Below, one piece after another: positions 1 through 12,960 of a stretch of DNA of 64,000 nucleotides (position 1 is the stretch's first letter; each line of letters begins with the position of its first letter). The notes beneath the pieces are model-generated. The model ran no database searches and had not been told where the DNA came from. It saw only the letters and a list, made by a program, of their open reading frames with translations. The position numbers were made by a program, and so were the translations under genes. Source of the DNA: Marsupella aquatica (lineage: Eukaryota > Plantae > Marchantiophyta); assembly GCA_973895155.1 (NCBI GenBank), contig OZ316896.1:11918830-11982829 (forward strand), in the 5' to 3' direction.

Positions 1-1313
1 TTGTGATCATCCATGACCTGTATTGTATCGTCCGAAATGAGCTCCTTTTGCTCACATGTTGTAACACAAGTACTAGAGCTTGAAACTAAGCTAGACTCAG
101 ATCAAGCTCTTAATTTGATTGAAGTTGCCCAACAGATCACCCACCTTGGTTGCATGTAAGCAGGCATTTGCACAAAGTTGAGTACACCTAGACATTCTTC
201 TCGACCATGTAGCCAGATATCTGCCAAGTGTATAATAACAAAGGCTGCCAAACAACTCTTCCTCTTGGATCCCAAAACACAGACCCTCCGATGCATCGAT
301 GTACGTCACAGGACACCATCAGAGGTCACACAATTTAGACCTTCACAAGATGCAGCTAGCTTCTGACTGCGTGCATGCCTGGCTCGACCCAACGTTTAAT
401 TTCTAAACCTGTGTTGCGCGCGAATTTCAACTCCAGCTCACTGCTGCTTACTTCAACGACCTCGAACTGCCTATCAATTGTACCTTGCCAACCGAAACTC
501 ATCATTCAGCAGATTGGCGCAGATCAGTGGAAATCCCTTTAACTTGGTTCGCCTCCGTGTAGCCTGAAAGTCGATCACAATCGCTTGGACACGACCCCTT
601 CTGAGCTCCGAGCGTGAATCAAGTCAACCTAACGGCATAATTTGGGCTGCACTACTGCAAATTGAGTAGAGCTGAGCGCAGGGAACTACTGTCGGCACCA
701 CTGTTTTTACACAGAAGTTTATTGACAAAAGTCACACATTGAACTTTTCTTTCAGGAAAGGGCGTTATCTATTTTCAGCCGGAAAGGTGCCTTTTCTTGT
801 CCCACCAAATTAGATGAGAGGTCACTGATTCTATGGCAAAGGCTATCGGACGTCACGCCAACACTATGCACCTGGTTCTCTTACCGAATGTTTGCTCGAG
901 GAATCCAGAAATTGTCTAAAAGCTCGAAGGTCCCATTTTAACCTTTATACAAGCTACTTATTCCATAGCCGTGACGTTGATGATCCGAGCTAGCGTTTGG
1001 TATAATTCCAGAAAGAGCCATCAGATTCAGTAGAAGTTAGTCGAGAATTCCTGGGGAAGGTATCAACTGCAGTACACAGTCATCCCGGTAGCTTACGAAT
1101 TGTCAATGCAGAAATTGTCATCTACTGTACCTCAAAAGTCAGCCCTCCGTAGGCCCCCACTCCCGTCCCTAGACTAGTAGTAGGCCCCTTGCACCAAATC
1201 GGGTCACTTTGAATCTGAATTTGGCTAATGGCTTTGGTCATTTGGCCAGCGATTAGCCTAGAACCAGGAGGTCCCAAGTAAAATCCCCCTCCACATGCGA
1301 GGGTTGAGTGTAT

Positions 1314-1568
1314 GCGGTGTAGTGGTGTGAGTATTGGTTTCTCCTTGGCCCTTGGCTAGTCCACTTTGGGACTCTGGTTCACCAGTCTCTCTTTCCTGGT
1401 CTGTGGTGTGATTGTGGTGTAATGATGAGAGTATTGGTTTCTCCTTTGCCCTTGACTAGTCCACTTTGGGCTCTGGTTCAACCCTCTCTCTTTCATGGTC
1501 TGGGTGCTTGTTGGATCCCTAGGTATGAACCCTTGTGGGCTACCCTACAGAGGTGCATGTCCCAGAGT
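1314..1568 (+). repeat. Putative tRNA-derived SINE-like repeat with tandemly duplicated ~100-bp head
   Basis: 1314-1413 and 1414-~1507 are diverged direct repeats, each with an A-box-like GGTGTA(G/A)TG and a B-box-like GGTTCA; the tail 1513-1568 resembles 37270-37355. Confidence 0.4.
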
Positions 1569-2279
1569 TAGTTGTTTACCGTGTGTTAAATGGGTCAGCT
1601 TGGGTCAGCTTTTGGTTTCAAAGCAGAACACAAATTGACCTTTTATAGTCCCGTTCCACTTTACTTGCCCCCGCAACTGACAGTGCATAATTTAGTGCTA
1701 TGCAGGAATTACTATTACTAACACTAATTGTGGCAAGAGTGATCTTGAGACTAAAGTTACATGTAATTGTTACTAACATTAATTTTTGTGAAAGTCATTT
1801 TCCAATTTGAAGTGACACTAATTCTTGTCTATTTTTCAAACAAACAAAAAAATTCATTTTTGTTTAACCTTTAGTAAAAAATGGTCTATCTTGAGTCAAA
1901 ATTAAGGTTACTTCTTGTCAATTCTTCAAAATACTGTTCTTCTATTATGTTTCCTCTCTTGAATCCAAAGTAAGAGTAATTCAGAGGAAATAACAGAATT
2001 AGTTTGAGTAACAGTAATTCAGGAGTAGAGCTTGCACCTCTTTGCTCTCAAATTAATGAGTAAAACTAATTATGGACCCTCATGAGGGGTCCCTTGCAAA
2101 TTCCCTGGCACAAGGATACGCCACATTGGCGAGGATGGTGACAAACAGGACAGAGCAGGTTTTCTGGAAAACAAAAAGGTCCTTGTCATGTTTGTGTCAT
2201 ATTCGTGTAAATTATGGGGCGTCATGCCGTAATTATTAAGCATAAAAAAAACAACCAGAATATAAAGGAAGAGATGTCA

Positions 2280-3030
2280 TTTAGTAAAATAAAGTTATCA
2301 TTCTGATGTTTGTCAATGATATATCAGTGTTTTACATCAAAATGCGTATATGTTTTTTAATTGTTTGCAAGTTTGAAAAAACCAATCGATAATAATGTAC
2401 ATTAGAACCCCTATGGCTCCACATTGTGAAATTAAATAATCAATCTCCTTAGTACTTAATGAAATCTGTCAATGTTAGATTCATTGGAAAGCTCAAGATC
2501 AAGATTTAGAAACTCTTGACCTCTTTAGTATTGTCTTGATAAAATCTCTCAATGTCACACTCATTGGAGAGCTAGAGCAAAATTAGAAACTCATCATCTC
2601 CTTAGTACTTGACAAAAATCTATCAATGTTAGGTTCATTAATTGGAAAGCTAGAGAAATTCAGATACTCATGATCTCTCTAATTCTTGACAAATACTCGC
2701 AATGTCACACATTAGAAAGCTAGAGAGATTGAAAACCTCATGATCTCTTTAGTACCGTGACAAAATCTAACATGAAATTTGTCCACGTCAGACTTAATGT
2801 TGGAAAACTAAAAGAATTGATGAATTTATGATCAAAAAAATTTATTGTCATACTCATTGGAAAGGCAGAGAAATTCAAAAACTCATTTAGAACTCAGTTG
2901 ACAAAATTTGTCAATCTGAGACTCATTGGAAACCTAGAAAAATTGGTATTCAACTCATGATTTACTTGGTACTTGTGAAAATGTACCAATGTGATGCTCA
3001 TTCAAAATCAACAGAAATTCAGAAAATCAT
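2280..3030. repeat. Dispersed repeat copy 1 with internal ~65-bp degenerate minisatellite (about 9-10 units)
   Basis: Recurrent unit of the form ctcatgatctctttagtacttgacaaaatctgtcaatgtcagactcattggaaagctagagaaatt; the unique lead-in is homologous to 5390-5550. Confidence 0.75.
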
Positions 3031-3759
3031 AATCTGGTTTTTCACTCATCTCTCAATAAACCTTTTGTGTTAAACACTTAGAGGCATTTTCGAAAATCAT
3101 AACATTGAAAATGAAACATTGGCAGACTTTTTCATTACCAAAGAGATCATGGGTCTTCAACCCATTTGGTTCTTATAAGTTTGAGAATGGGTTGAGGGTC
3201 ATTTGGACTCAAACTTCCAAGTTACCCACAATAAAATATTTGAAGGAATGAATGAACCAATTCACTTTCTTCATCAAGAGACAAATAGAGTACAAATCTG
3301 CTCTTGCACAGTGTTATGTAATGGGCATTCTCTTCCACAAATGTGATGGGCATTCTCTTACATAAAACACAGAAAAATGCCAAAAAAACAATCTTGAAGG
3401 GATTTAACTCATGCAACTTCTCATTGCAAACTACAGAAGAACATTGACTAATTAGGTTCCATAGTAACAAAGAGCTACCATTGGAACTAGGAACTTAGCC
3501 AATTCTTTCCAGCTCCAGCAGTCCAGCCCCTACCTACAGTTTAATGGAGTCTGTGAAGGAGACTAAAAACCTACATAGACCAAGTTACCTAGAATGGGTA
3601 TCCAAATTAAGTGGAATTTCAAGTTAAGAGCTACAGTAGGCCAGTTTGTATCAGTTCAACAGAATGTTTTGATTTTCTGAAGTCAAGATTTGAAATGGAG
3701 TACTTTGTTCAAACATACAAACTTAATGCTTGGATGGACTGTAACATTTTGAGCCCAAT

Positions 3760-3988
3760 TTTGAGCATATAACTGGGATGGACCTAGCAGATTTTGAGAC
3801 TCAAAATTGTGATCATTTATACAAAGAAATATACTATTTGAATTCAAAGTAGTGTTTGAAAGTGGTCCTACTATAACATTTTTAGCATGTAACTGGGATG
3901 GACCTAGTAGTTTTTGAGACTCAAATTTGATCATTTAAACAAAGAAATATACCATTTGAGTTCAAAGTAATGTTTGAAAGTGGTCCTG
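3760..3988. repeat. ~120-bp tandem duplication
   Basis: 3760-3869 versus 3880-3988 (aactgggatggacctag...gtttgaaagtggtcct). Confidence 0.85.
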
Positions 3989-4309
3989 GCTTGTTTGTCT
4001 AAAGTAAAGAAAATGAAAAGAAGCCAAGATGAGATACCGAAGTTCAGCAAGAAAATGGAAGGCCAAATATCCCAAATAAATAGCAATAAATGTGACCCAA
4101 CTTTAAACAACTTTCCCATGGTACTATCTGCTCTGCTTGGCTCCCTAGCATCTCCACAAAAAAAAACTCCTAAGATATCCCAGAGAAAACATGCTGGAGT
4201 GGATAGCAGGGCACCCTTTTTGGCATTCCTAACAACTGGGTTTTACTAGATCATCACCTTTTTGTGTGAATGTCACACTTCACCTTTTTTAGACTAATTA
4301 GTACAATGT

Positions 4310-4530
4310 CACTTTTTCTTGTCATGGTCTAAGTAACTTAACCCTGGTTTCCCACAAGAGATCTCATGGCCCTAAGATTGTCACATCAAACAATCTGCAC
4401 CCCCATTATTGGTCTGCAAGCGCACCATGGTGAAGGGAACTGTCAGATTCTCAAATGTGGCAATCTCAGGGGGACGTATGAGCTTCTATGGCTAACCAGG
4501 GTTAAGTCATTGAACCTTTGATAGAAAAGG
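4310..4530. mobile_element. Foldback/MITE-like imperfect palindrome
   Basis: ttaaccctggtt pairs with aaccagggttaa, and agattgtcacat pairs imperfectly with atgtggcaatct. Confidence 0.55.
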
Positions 4531-5389
4531 GGGGCAAGTAGTGATATCTAACTGCACAATTGTGATGTGAATTGTTCATGACCTATGGTCTAGAGTGAAT
4601 ATTCTCCTCAGTTCTTTGGAAAATTGGATTAGGGGCAGAGTGAGCCTCCAAAAATGGCACAACCTGTGAGACTTGAAACCAATTAGAGGTAAGTAGGTGA
4701 AAGGGCAATGGACTGGAATGTACTCATCTCTAATTTGGGGCCATTCTTTGACCCAAAAATGGCAATCTACTAAAACAAAATTATCATATGACACGAGGAG
4801 CCACACATCTACAACTGTGATACCCTATCCTGCTTACAAAATCAGAAAAAGTCCATCATCCGCTTACAAAATCAGAAAAAAGGGGAACCAATCCTAGCCC
4901 TTCATCAAAAAAACATTATGGCACCATCAGATCCATCCATACCCCCTTCAGTTTCAATTGCCTCTACCCAAACTGCCCTTAGCCAAACCAAACGTGCCAG
5001 AGAGGAAAATTTTAATTAATTTAATATTAAAATTTGAAACTTTTAAAAACTTTGAATTGAAATAAAAGTTTTAAAAATATTTATTTCTTTCAAAATTATG
5101 ACAAAAGAGAAAAGAGGAAACAAAAAATACTCCCTCTTTCCATGTGGTTGTGTTTGGACTCTGTGCGATATGGTATTTCTTTACGGATCGCCATAGGAAG
5201 CTCCTTCCAAAATCTCTAGCACCAAGTTGAGCCACATCATCAGGTCTCGTCACAAACAGGAACAATGATGTTTCAACAAGAAAAGAAAACAATTGTTCGA
5301 GTCTGATGCAAGGCACAAGAAAACAGTTATACCCAATAACAGTGAAAAGATCAAAGAACAGAAAAGAAAATTTTAGAACAACAAACAAT

Positions 5390-5795
5390 TGGGTAAAACA
5401 AAGTTATCATTTTGATGTGTCGTCATTGATGTATTCTGTTCTACATCAAATGCTTGTATTTTTTAGTTTTTTAAAAGTTTTTGAAAAAACAAATTGATAG
5501 ATATACAAATAGTTAGAATCCCTTGGGCTCCGCAGTTTAAAACAAAATAATCAATCTCTTTAGTACCTGATGAAATCTGTCAATGTTAGATTCGTTAGAA
5601 AGCTAGAGAAATATAGAAACTCATGACCTCTTTAGTACTTGATAAAATCTCTCAATGTCATACCCATTGGAAAGGTACTGAGAATTAGAAACTCATCAAT
5701 CATCTCTTTAATACTCTTCAAAATCTGTCAATGTCAAGTTCATTGGGAAGCTACAAAAATTTACAGACTCATTATCTTTTTGGTATTTGACAAAC
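5390..5795. repeat. Dispersed repeat copy 2 with about 4 units of the same ~65-bp minisatellite
   Basis: Homologous to 2280-2700 (aaagttatcatt...aataatcaatctc...gaaatctgtcaatgttagattc). Confidence 0.75.
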
Positions 5796-6025
5796 TACTA
5801 AGGGGGAAGCGGCAGGATAAGCACTCGTATAGAGATGAAAATTCCTTCATTTTCCAAATTGCTCCAAGACCCCACACACTTTGTTCACATAATCATAGGT
5901 GGTCATGTATGACTCATACAACAAGACACATAACTTGGATATAACACTTAAAAAATATTTCCAAGTACTCATCTCTCATTGAATTTAAGAATAGCTCTAG
6001 GGAACAAGAGCTTGTCACTCATTGT

Positions 6026-6171
6026 ATTTAAGAATTGTTATAGGGAGATGGGGTCCACTATCTAATTTCCTTACTTACATTTCCTTTTCTTTCTTTAAAT
6101 TTAAGAATTGTTATAGGGAGATGGGTCCACTATCTAATTTCCTTACTTACATTTCCTTTTCTTTCTTTAAT
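6026..6171. repeat. ~73-bp near-perfect tandem duplication
   Basis: atttaagaattgttatagggagatg(g)ggtccactatctaatttccttacttacatttccttttctttctttaa occurs twice. Confidence 0.9.
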
Positions 6172-6635
6172 ATTTTCTCCTCTACTTGACATCTTTGATT
6201 TTCTCACTTACATTCCTTGTCTTTCCTTCACATTTTTCTCTCCTTACATCTTTTACTCACCCAGACATCTTATTTGCCTCAACGTTTTTCTTTGCCTTGA
6301 CATTTTTGTTTCTCTTGGGCATACTCTCAACTTGCAATCTTTGTCTCACCACCACATGATCTGTGCAATGCAGTGACATTGGGCTCGTAATGCATATGGG
6401 CTCGTAATGGATATAATGTCCCCACAAGAAAACACACCGGAATGGAGTGGAGCTTAGCACCCTTTCTTGGCACCCCTAACGTATCTCAGAAAAAGAAAAA
6501 AACACGCTTGGGTGAAGCAGAGCTCCCATTTTGACATCCCTAACATTTTCCCAAAAACTACGCTGGAGCACGCAGTGCCGAGCAGGGGTTGCGACTCTGT
6601 TATCATTTCCTTGCAACTGGTTGTCGTCGTTGGAG

Positions 6636-9600
6636 ATGGCCGCGGTTTCAGCTACGATTGTCGGTGCTGCTCTCGGAGCTGTTGCTGCGCGGCAGACGGC
6701 TGCTATCCAGGTTTTCGAGTTCCATTGGAGGCCATAGCGAGCGCTTTTGGAGAAATTCGAGCACTGTCCGGTACCGTTTTCCCCCTGTTTCCAATTTCAG
6801 CTCGGCCTCCGGTCTCAGCTTCTGCTGTAGGAGAAGTGGTCATTCTCTCGTCTGCGTGACAATAATGTTTTATCTAGAATGTATGGCGTTGTCATCGTTT
6901 GGAGTCTCGGATTCTTGCAAACATAAAGAAATGTTTGCGGCTACCCGTCTGCAATCTATGTTGGGCCGTGCGTACTGTGTTTATAGAAATTGGTTTTCCG
7001 AGCGTTTTTTTGTAAGACTGTGAAATGTGTCCTTGATGTAGACGGAAGGAATAATTGTTCCTCTAGAGCTTGCACTAGCTCGGGAAACCTAACTCCGGTT
7101 CTGTTCTGAAGTTGAAAACAGACAACAGGAGGATTTCAGACCCCGGTGCTGGCAGGATGAGGGCTCTCATGAAATGCAACATACCTGAGCTGAAGTTCTT
7201 GATTAATGACGTGGCTCATGGGCGGACCGCACGGTGTTGTCAACTGGCTTTTCAAGGTTATTGCTGGGCCTATTCCTCCTTTCGCTTCAATTTCAGGCTC
7301 TCGTTTGTTAAATGAATTTTACTGACTAATGTAAGCTTCATTCACACCCCCGGCAAGGTCTACAGTCTAGTTCGATCCAGCACTTTCGCTTCAATTCCCT
7401 TTTCTTCCTGAATTAGTTCCAAATTATAAGCTTCACACCCAGGACATGTGTGCTTCGCTCTGTTAAATTGAATCTGCGCTTGAGGGATTTCGAAACCAAG
7501 TTGTATTTAACAATAATGTATTTTCTGCAAGTATTGAAATTTGTCCGAGCCAGGGGAATGCACATGCACTTCCCTAACTGAATTCGCTGCACTTGTTAGC
7601 TTTTTATGCATTTTAGTCAACCATTGCATTGAAGAACGGTTGCTGGCTTCATTCCATACACAATTGTGCTTTCCAATCTGACGCTCCATAACATGACGGC
7701 AGCGAGGTTTACACTCAAGATTGAATTACTCGGAAAATATATTTTTACTAATCTTTCAACTCTTTGGGCAAAGGTTTGATATTGAAGCTGTATACATGAG
7801 TGCCGCAGTCGTGGACCGTTGCCCCAGTACCTTCCCAGCGATTGGATGAGAACGTCAATTTAGTACAGACAACAATCATGCAGTGGATTGGAGTGGAGTT
7901 TGCAAATGTGCAGCGAGGGAACTTCCTTTTCGGATTGATCGAGGTGCCTTTTGATGCCAGCCAGAGAGAAGTCTCACTGATCGTTCTTGTGACCGCTGCA
8001 GAGAAATTTACTCCTCTTCGCCAACCCAACTTGAGGGTCAACCTGCGTTATTATGAAGCCTCCCACCTTACGAACAGGTTCCTTCAAGGAAGAATCACGT
8101 TCAGAAAGCGACAGCCGCCGAAGTTTGCCGTAGCAATGGACAAGATGGAGATTTCTGATGAACAAATGCTTCAGGAAAAACAACGGATTGAACAGGAAGA
8201 AATGTTCCTAGGCAAGGTCTCCACAGATTTCCTCTGGGCAATACTCTCCAGCTTTGGTGGGACTGTAGTCCTAGATATAACCAAAGGTTCATGCACAGGG
8301 AGATCTGAAAACTTATGGCAGTACTATACTGTTAGGATGTTCTTCCGTAATATATCGCAGTGTTCAGCCATACCTGGCTTGTTATTTTTTACCTTGCCTG
8401 GTCAAGCTCCTGATAAGGTTCCCTGATAACTTCGTGCGCAGGAAGAATTCCCTGAAGTTGCAGAGACATATGCTGATGGAGGTGAACCCAAAGTAGGGCC
8501 CGTTGGACCTGAGTTATTAGAAGTTTGGGATCTATGGCAGCGCATTGGGCTTCCTGTTGAAAAGATAGCTGTAAGCTTTTTACCCTTTTTCAACTCATCA
8601 TAATCTGCCCTTGGTCTTCCGGAATGAATTGGAGCTAGACACTTCCAGCAAAGTCGTTTGCGCGTTTATCCGGGGCTGCCTTGAACTAAAGAAAATCTAT
8701 GTCATGAGTGCGGTTCTATATCTTTTATCAAGGACGCTGAATCCATGTATCGTTGAGATGGTTTGGACAGGAGGGATTGAGTCCACCTCGTTTCCAATTC
8801 TGACTTTTTGCTTTACCTCTTGCAACAGAAACAGCGGCATATGACAGAAACTGGCGTTTTTTACTGTATATTCATATGCGTTCAAAACAATTACACGGTG
8901 GACTGGTATGAGCTGTGCAAGGAAGCGCAGCTCACGTTAGAAATTGCAAATAGAATGATCCAAGCTACAGAAAAGTACGCTGCGAGTATACACGGTGGTC
9001 CAGTCGACCCGCACACATTACGGCACCATTTACCTGATGATGTTAGTTTGCCATAATTCTTTCCATTCTACGAAGTGTGCAATGTCTATGACTCGACGAC
9101 ACATGCTAGCTTTTCTTCCTAATTCTTTGATTTGCACGTTCGCCACTTTCAGCAGATCCGACGGCGATATCTGAGTAGGGATTTAAATCATAGCCGTTAA
9201 TTGAGATCTGAATATCGAAATCTTCAATGCTGTGAGATCGGAGTTTCGTGTATAGACAAAAAAGCGTGCATCTTATGTCCATAGCGGTCTGATTGTCAAT
9301 GTGTTATTTAGTGAAGTGTTCGTTTGGAATCTGAACTACCTCAGTATCTAGCTCGTCTGCGCACAGACTTTCTCATAGCAACTCCTGCTGACGTATAAAT
9401 TCTTGTCTCTACTTTTGTGACTTTGTTGATTTCTTTACCTTTACTACCATCGGAAGTTCTAGTGAACGATTGAAGTCCCTTGTCTGTGTGCTGTTGTTGG
9501 TCAACAGATCCTAACTTGAAGGTGTCGTGTTACAGATCTCTGAAGTTCAGGTTGGACTGTTTCTAACCATGTTGGTCCGCGGTTTGCCTTTCCAAACAAT

Positions 9601-9973
9601 AAGAGAAGCATCGCTTCAAACTAGAGGTGTTAAGCCAGAGATGGAATGGGGGGAAGGGTACGCTGATGAGGAAAGGTTCCCGAAAGAGGTGACCGAGAGA
9701 AACCTGCTACAATGGTTTGGTGAAAAGGACGGAGTAAGTGTCTGTGATGAGCATCTTGCCGTCCATCATTAATAAGATTGATCGATCGCTGATGTGATAT
9801 TTAACAATGTTTCGATTGCAATCTGTGATTTGCAGGCATCTATGATAGAGGTAGCGCTGAAGTTCAGAGAATGTGATGACTTGGAGCTTATGAGGCTTAT
9901 CTTGAAGCTTGAGGAAGAGGGCAAAATTTTTTGGAGGGAGGGAATCTTCAGAGTTCTCAAGAGAATGTGGTGA
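6636..9973 (+). CDS. Multi-exon gene of unknown function (Ala-rich N-terminus; possible C-terminal winged-helix)
   Basis: Open GT-AG-bounded exons at about 6636-6710, 7839-7943, 8079-8216, 8442-8570, ~8830-9041, 9536-9733 and 9837-9973 (ASMIEVALKFRECDDLELMRLILKLEEEGKIFWREGIFRVLKRMW*). Exon boundaries are approximate. Confidence 0.6.
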
Positions 9974-10883
9974 TTTGGAACTTATGAGGCTGAGCTTAAA
10001 TCTTGAGTAGGATGGCAGATGATGTTCAGAGGCAGGAGGTGTTCCGAGTACTGAAGTATATAGTTCTGACCATGGAAATTTGTAGAGAAGTAATCTAGAA
10101 AGGACCCGAGCTCCGTGTAGCAGGATTTTAAAAATTGATTAGACGGTGGATGTCTATATTCCAAATATATGAAAAGGTCGTTATGGCAGTCTGCTTGTAA
10201 GTCTCCCAATATAATCTGAAAACATCGATTTCGTAACGTATGGGCTACGTGTTGGAAATGACTCGGAGCCCGGGTAATTACTACGGTTAATAGAGTTAGC
10301 GCGGGAAAGTATTTCTCGACGAATTTAAAGTTATGAAATTTTGATCCTGAATCTTGCATTTACCTCCCTTCTACCAGTCGATGAACAAACCTGCGAACCA
10401 TAGACCCAGGGCAGTGATTGGGCACTGAATAAACGGGCTGTACGGTTGTTTGATACTTCAGCTGAGATTATACAGACATACATCAAACAATTGACAAAGA
10501 GCATCATTCAGAAAGCTAATCTTGAACATACATTGATGAGAGAAATATATGCGAAACAAAAATTATCAATTCCTCTTGATAAGATTCGCCGAAGCAAAAT
10601 TTACAGTCGCATGTTTACAGGTGGCATACAGAAAGACACCACAAGGTGCAGTAGCACCTCAATATCGCAGCTCCTAAACTTCTATTTAAATGCTTGTATG
10701 GTGGCTACTTAGATACCCTTGAGAGTGTACTGATCATGTGCTCGAGGGGTAATCAGACAAATTGTACAAGAGTGGTGTCACAAAATTCATCTATTTCCGG
10801 AGCACATGCTTTACATTAGGTCTTCGATCTGGACACCACGGAGAAATCCGCCGAAAGAGATGTAAAGGGTACTCGGAAGAAAA

Positions 10884-11303
10884 CTAAGCGCTCGTGAACT
10901 TCGTTACTGCCTTGGTGCCTTCTGAAACTGCGTGCTTCGCGAGTTCTCCTGGCAGAATCAGCCTCACAGCGGTCTGAATCTCCCGAGAAGCAATGGTGGG
11001 CTTCTTGTTATACCGCGCAAGACGAGCAGCCTCCTGAGCCAACTTCTCGAAGATGTCGTTAATGAACGAGTTCATGATCCCCATTGCCTTGGAAGAAATG
11101 CCGAACTCGGGGTGGACCTGCTTCAACACCTTGTAGATGTAGATCTTGTAGGTCTCCGTTCCGCGCTTCGCCTTCTTCTTCTTTGAACCCTCCTTGGCTC
11201 CGCCTTCCTTGGCAGGCTTCTTCTCAGCCTTCGGCCTTCCTCGGGGCTTCTTCTCGCCCTTTCCCTTGGCGACAGCCTTCTCCGCATCAGCCTTGGGCGC
11301 CAT
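10884..11303 (-). CDS. H2B: Histone H2B, intronless, with AT-hook-like KKPRGRPK in the N-terminal tail
   Basis: Histone fold [86 protein letters not shown]. Confidence 0.98.
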   Translation of the reverse strand: MAPKADAEKAVAKGKGEKKPRGRPKAEKKPAKEGGAKEGSKKKKAKRGTETYKIYIYKVLKQVHPEFGISSKAMGIMNSFINDIFEKLAQEAARLARYNKKPTIASREIQTAVRLILPGELAKHAVSEGTKAVTKFTSA

Positions 11304-11519
11304 CTCTGCTCTCTGCTCACGAAGGTATCGAACGAACGAACTACTCCTCCACCACTGCTAGCGAGCTCGATGGGTCCTGAAGCGAACTGCGAGAACTGTT
11401 CGCAAGCAGAGAAGAGAGAAAAACCACGAGAGCGAGTGCGAAATCACGAGACGGAGCGAAAACAAAGTAACGAACGAGTTGAGTGCTGCATCGGTGAAAA
11501 AATCGCGTCGACCTAATGG

Positions 11520-11581
11520 GTTATAAAGGGGGGCAGATATCTGTGACCAATCGGGCGTCTTCCAGGGCTCGCACACGGATC
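11520..11581 (-). promoter_or_regulatory. H2B proximal promoter: TATA-like box, CCAAT and octamer-like CACGGATC
   Basis: ttataa at 11521, ccaat at 11547, and CACGGATC at 11574-11581 (one mismatch from the plant histone octamer CGCGGATC). Confidence 0.45.
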
Positions 11582-11859
11582 GGTACCCCGTGATCGCATC
11601 CTGGGCGTCCGTCCTCCGCTGCTCTGTTCTCGACTCGACTGTCCGCCGTTGTTGGCTGTCACGTCGTCAGTCGGCGGTTCGCTCTTCTCCGTTCATTGAA
11701 GCGGGCTGGGCCGGGCCAGGCGGGGCCGGGTGCATCTAGATGCAACCCGGCCTTCTTTGGAAGGGTCATAGGGTGCGCGGGAGCTTGACAAACTTGGGGC
11801 CACAAATAGTCCCATCTCATAGACGATGTGTGTTGTAAGGAACATTTGGAACCATTTTC

Positions 11860-12960
11860 TTGTTACACTTTTTAATCACTTTGCCACTAAGTATATTTGA
11901 ATTTATAATAGTGTCATTGTTTTATTTGTATTTCCAAATATGTCAAGTTTTTTGCATATAGTTCACTTGGTTACGTTGGTGAACTTGTCATCCATATATG
12001 AACCTTGGTACTTTTGTAAATACAAAAAGAAAAATGATAATATTGTCAATTAGAACATCTTTAGTGATTAATTACTTGAAGGTTGATTTTTCTTATTCTT
12101 TCTGTTCTTTCTTTATGAAGCATTTCTTCAAGTTACATTAACACTAAATCTTGAACAAAACAATTGTGACAAAATGGTTGCAATAATGAAATGGTTGCAA
12201 GGATAAATTTATCACAACAATGAATGGTTGTATGACAATAGTGCAAAGCATGAGCAATGGGCTTATATATATAAGGTTCCAGTTGCTTTAATTGTAAGCA
12301 ACTTTTCCCAAATAGTATTAAAAAGCTTGTAGAACTCTCATAACCCAACAAAATAAGTGCTTGCAGATAACTGTAGGTGTAATTATCCCCCCAAAACAAA
12401 GTAAAGTAGTTTTTCTTGTGACTTTTCCCACTCAAAATGATTATGATGTTAAGAAGAATAAGAATGATTAACCATTTCCCTTTAGATTTTGGATGCATTT
12501 TGGTCCGTACAAATGCATGGGCGCACTTCAGAAAGATGACTAAATTTGAAACTTTGGTGATGTTCAGCTAGCCCACAAGGGGGCATTGTGGCATGTCTTA
12601 AGCCAAAAACCCCTTGGGTTAATTATGTTTGTCCAGAAGTTGGGGTTCAATCAAGGTCGCAAGAGAAATTTCCCATAACGGCTGACCAACAATGTTTGGG
12701 GAAGGATATGTTTGAGATGCCCTATTGCATACTCTAAAGTTGAAGCACCTCTTAAGTACTCCCTCACTATTGTTGCCTGGAATTACAATACTGTCATGGT
12801 TTTACAATGTGCATACAATACAACAAACAAGATTAAGTGGAAAACAAGTTCACCAAGGTAACAATGCACTAAAACCATGACTTAGTCTAAATACTAAAAA
12901 ATGGTGGTAGTATTATACTTCAGGGCAACTTTAGTGGCAATGTAGTTTACAAAAAAGAAA
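11860..12960. mobile_element. Degenerate non-autonomous DNA element with long (~120-bp) inverted termini
   Basis: 11870-11990 (ttgccacta...ttacgttggtgaacttgt) is the diverged reverse complement of 12844-12945 (acaagttcaccaaggtaa...ttagtggcaa); a third fragment lies at 15440-15590. Confidence 0.55.

Noticed and set aside
97-366. Short ORFs at the window start
   Set aside because: No recognisable homology or supportable exon structure.
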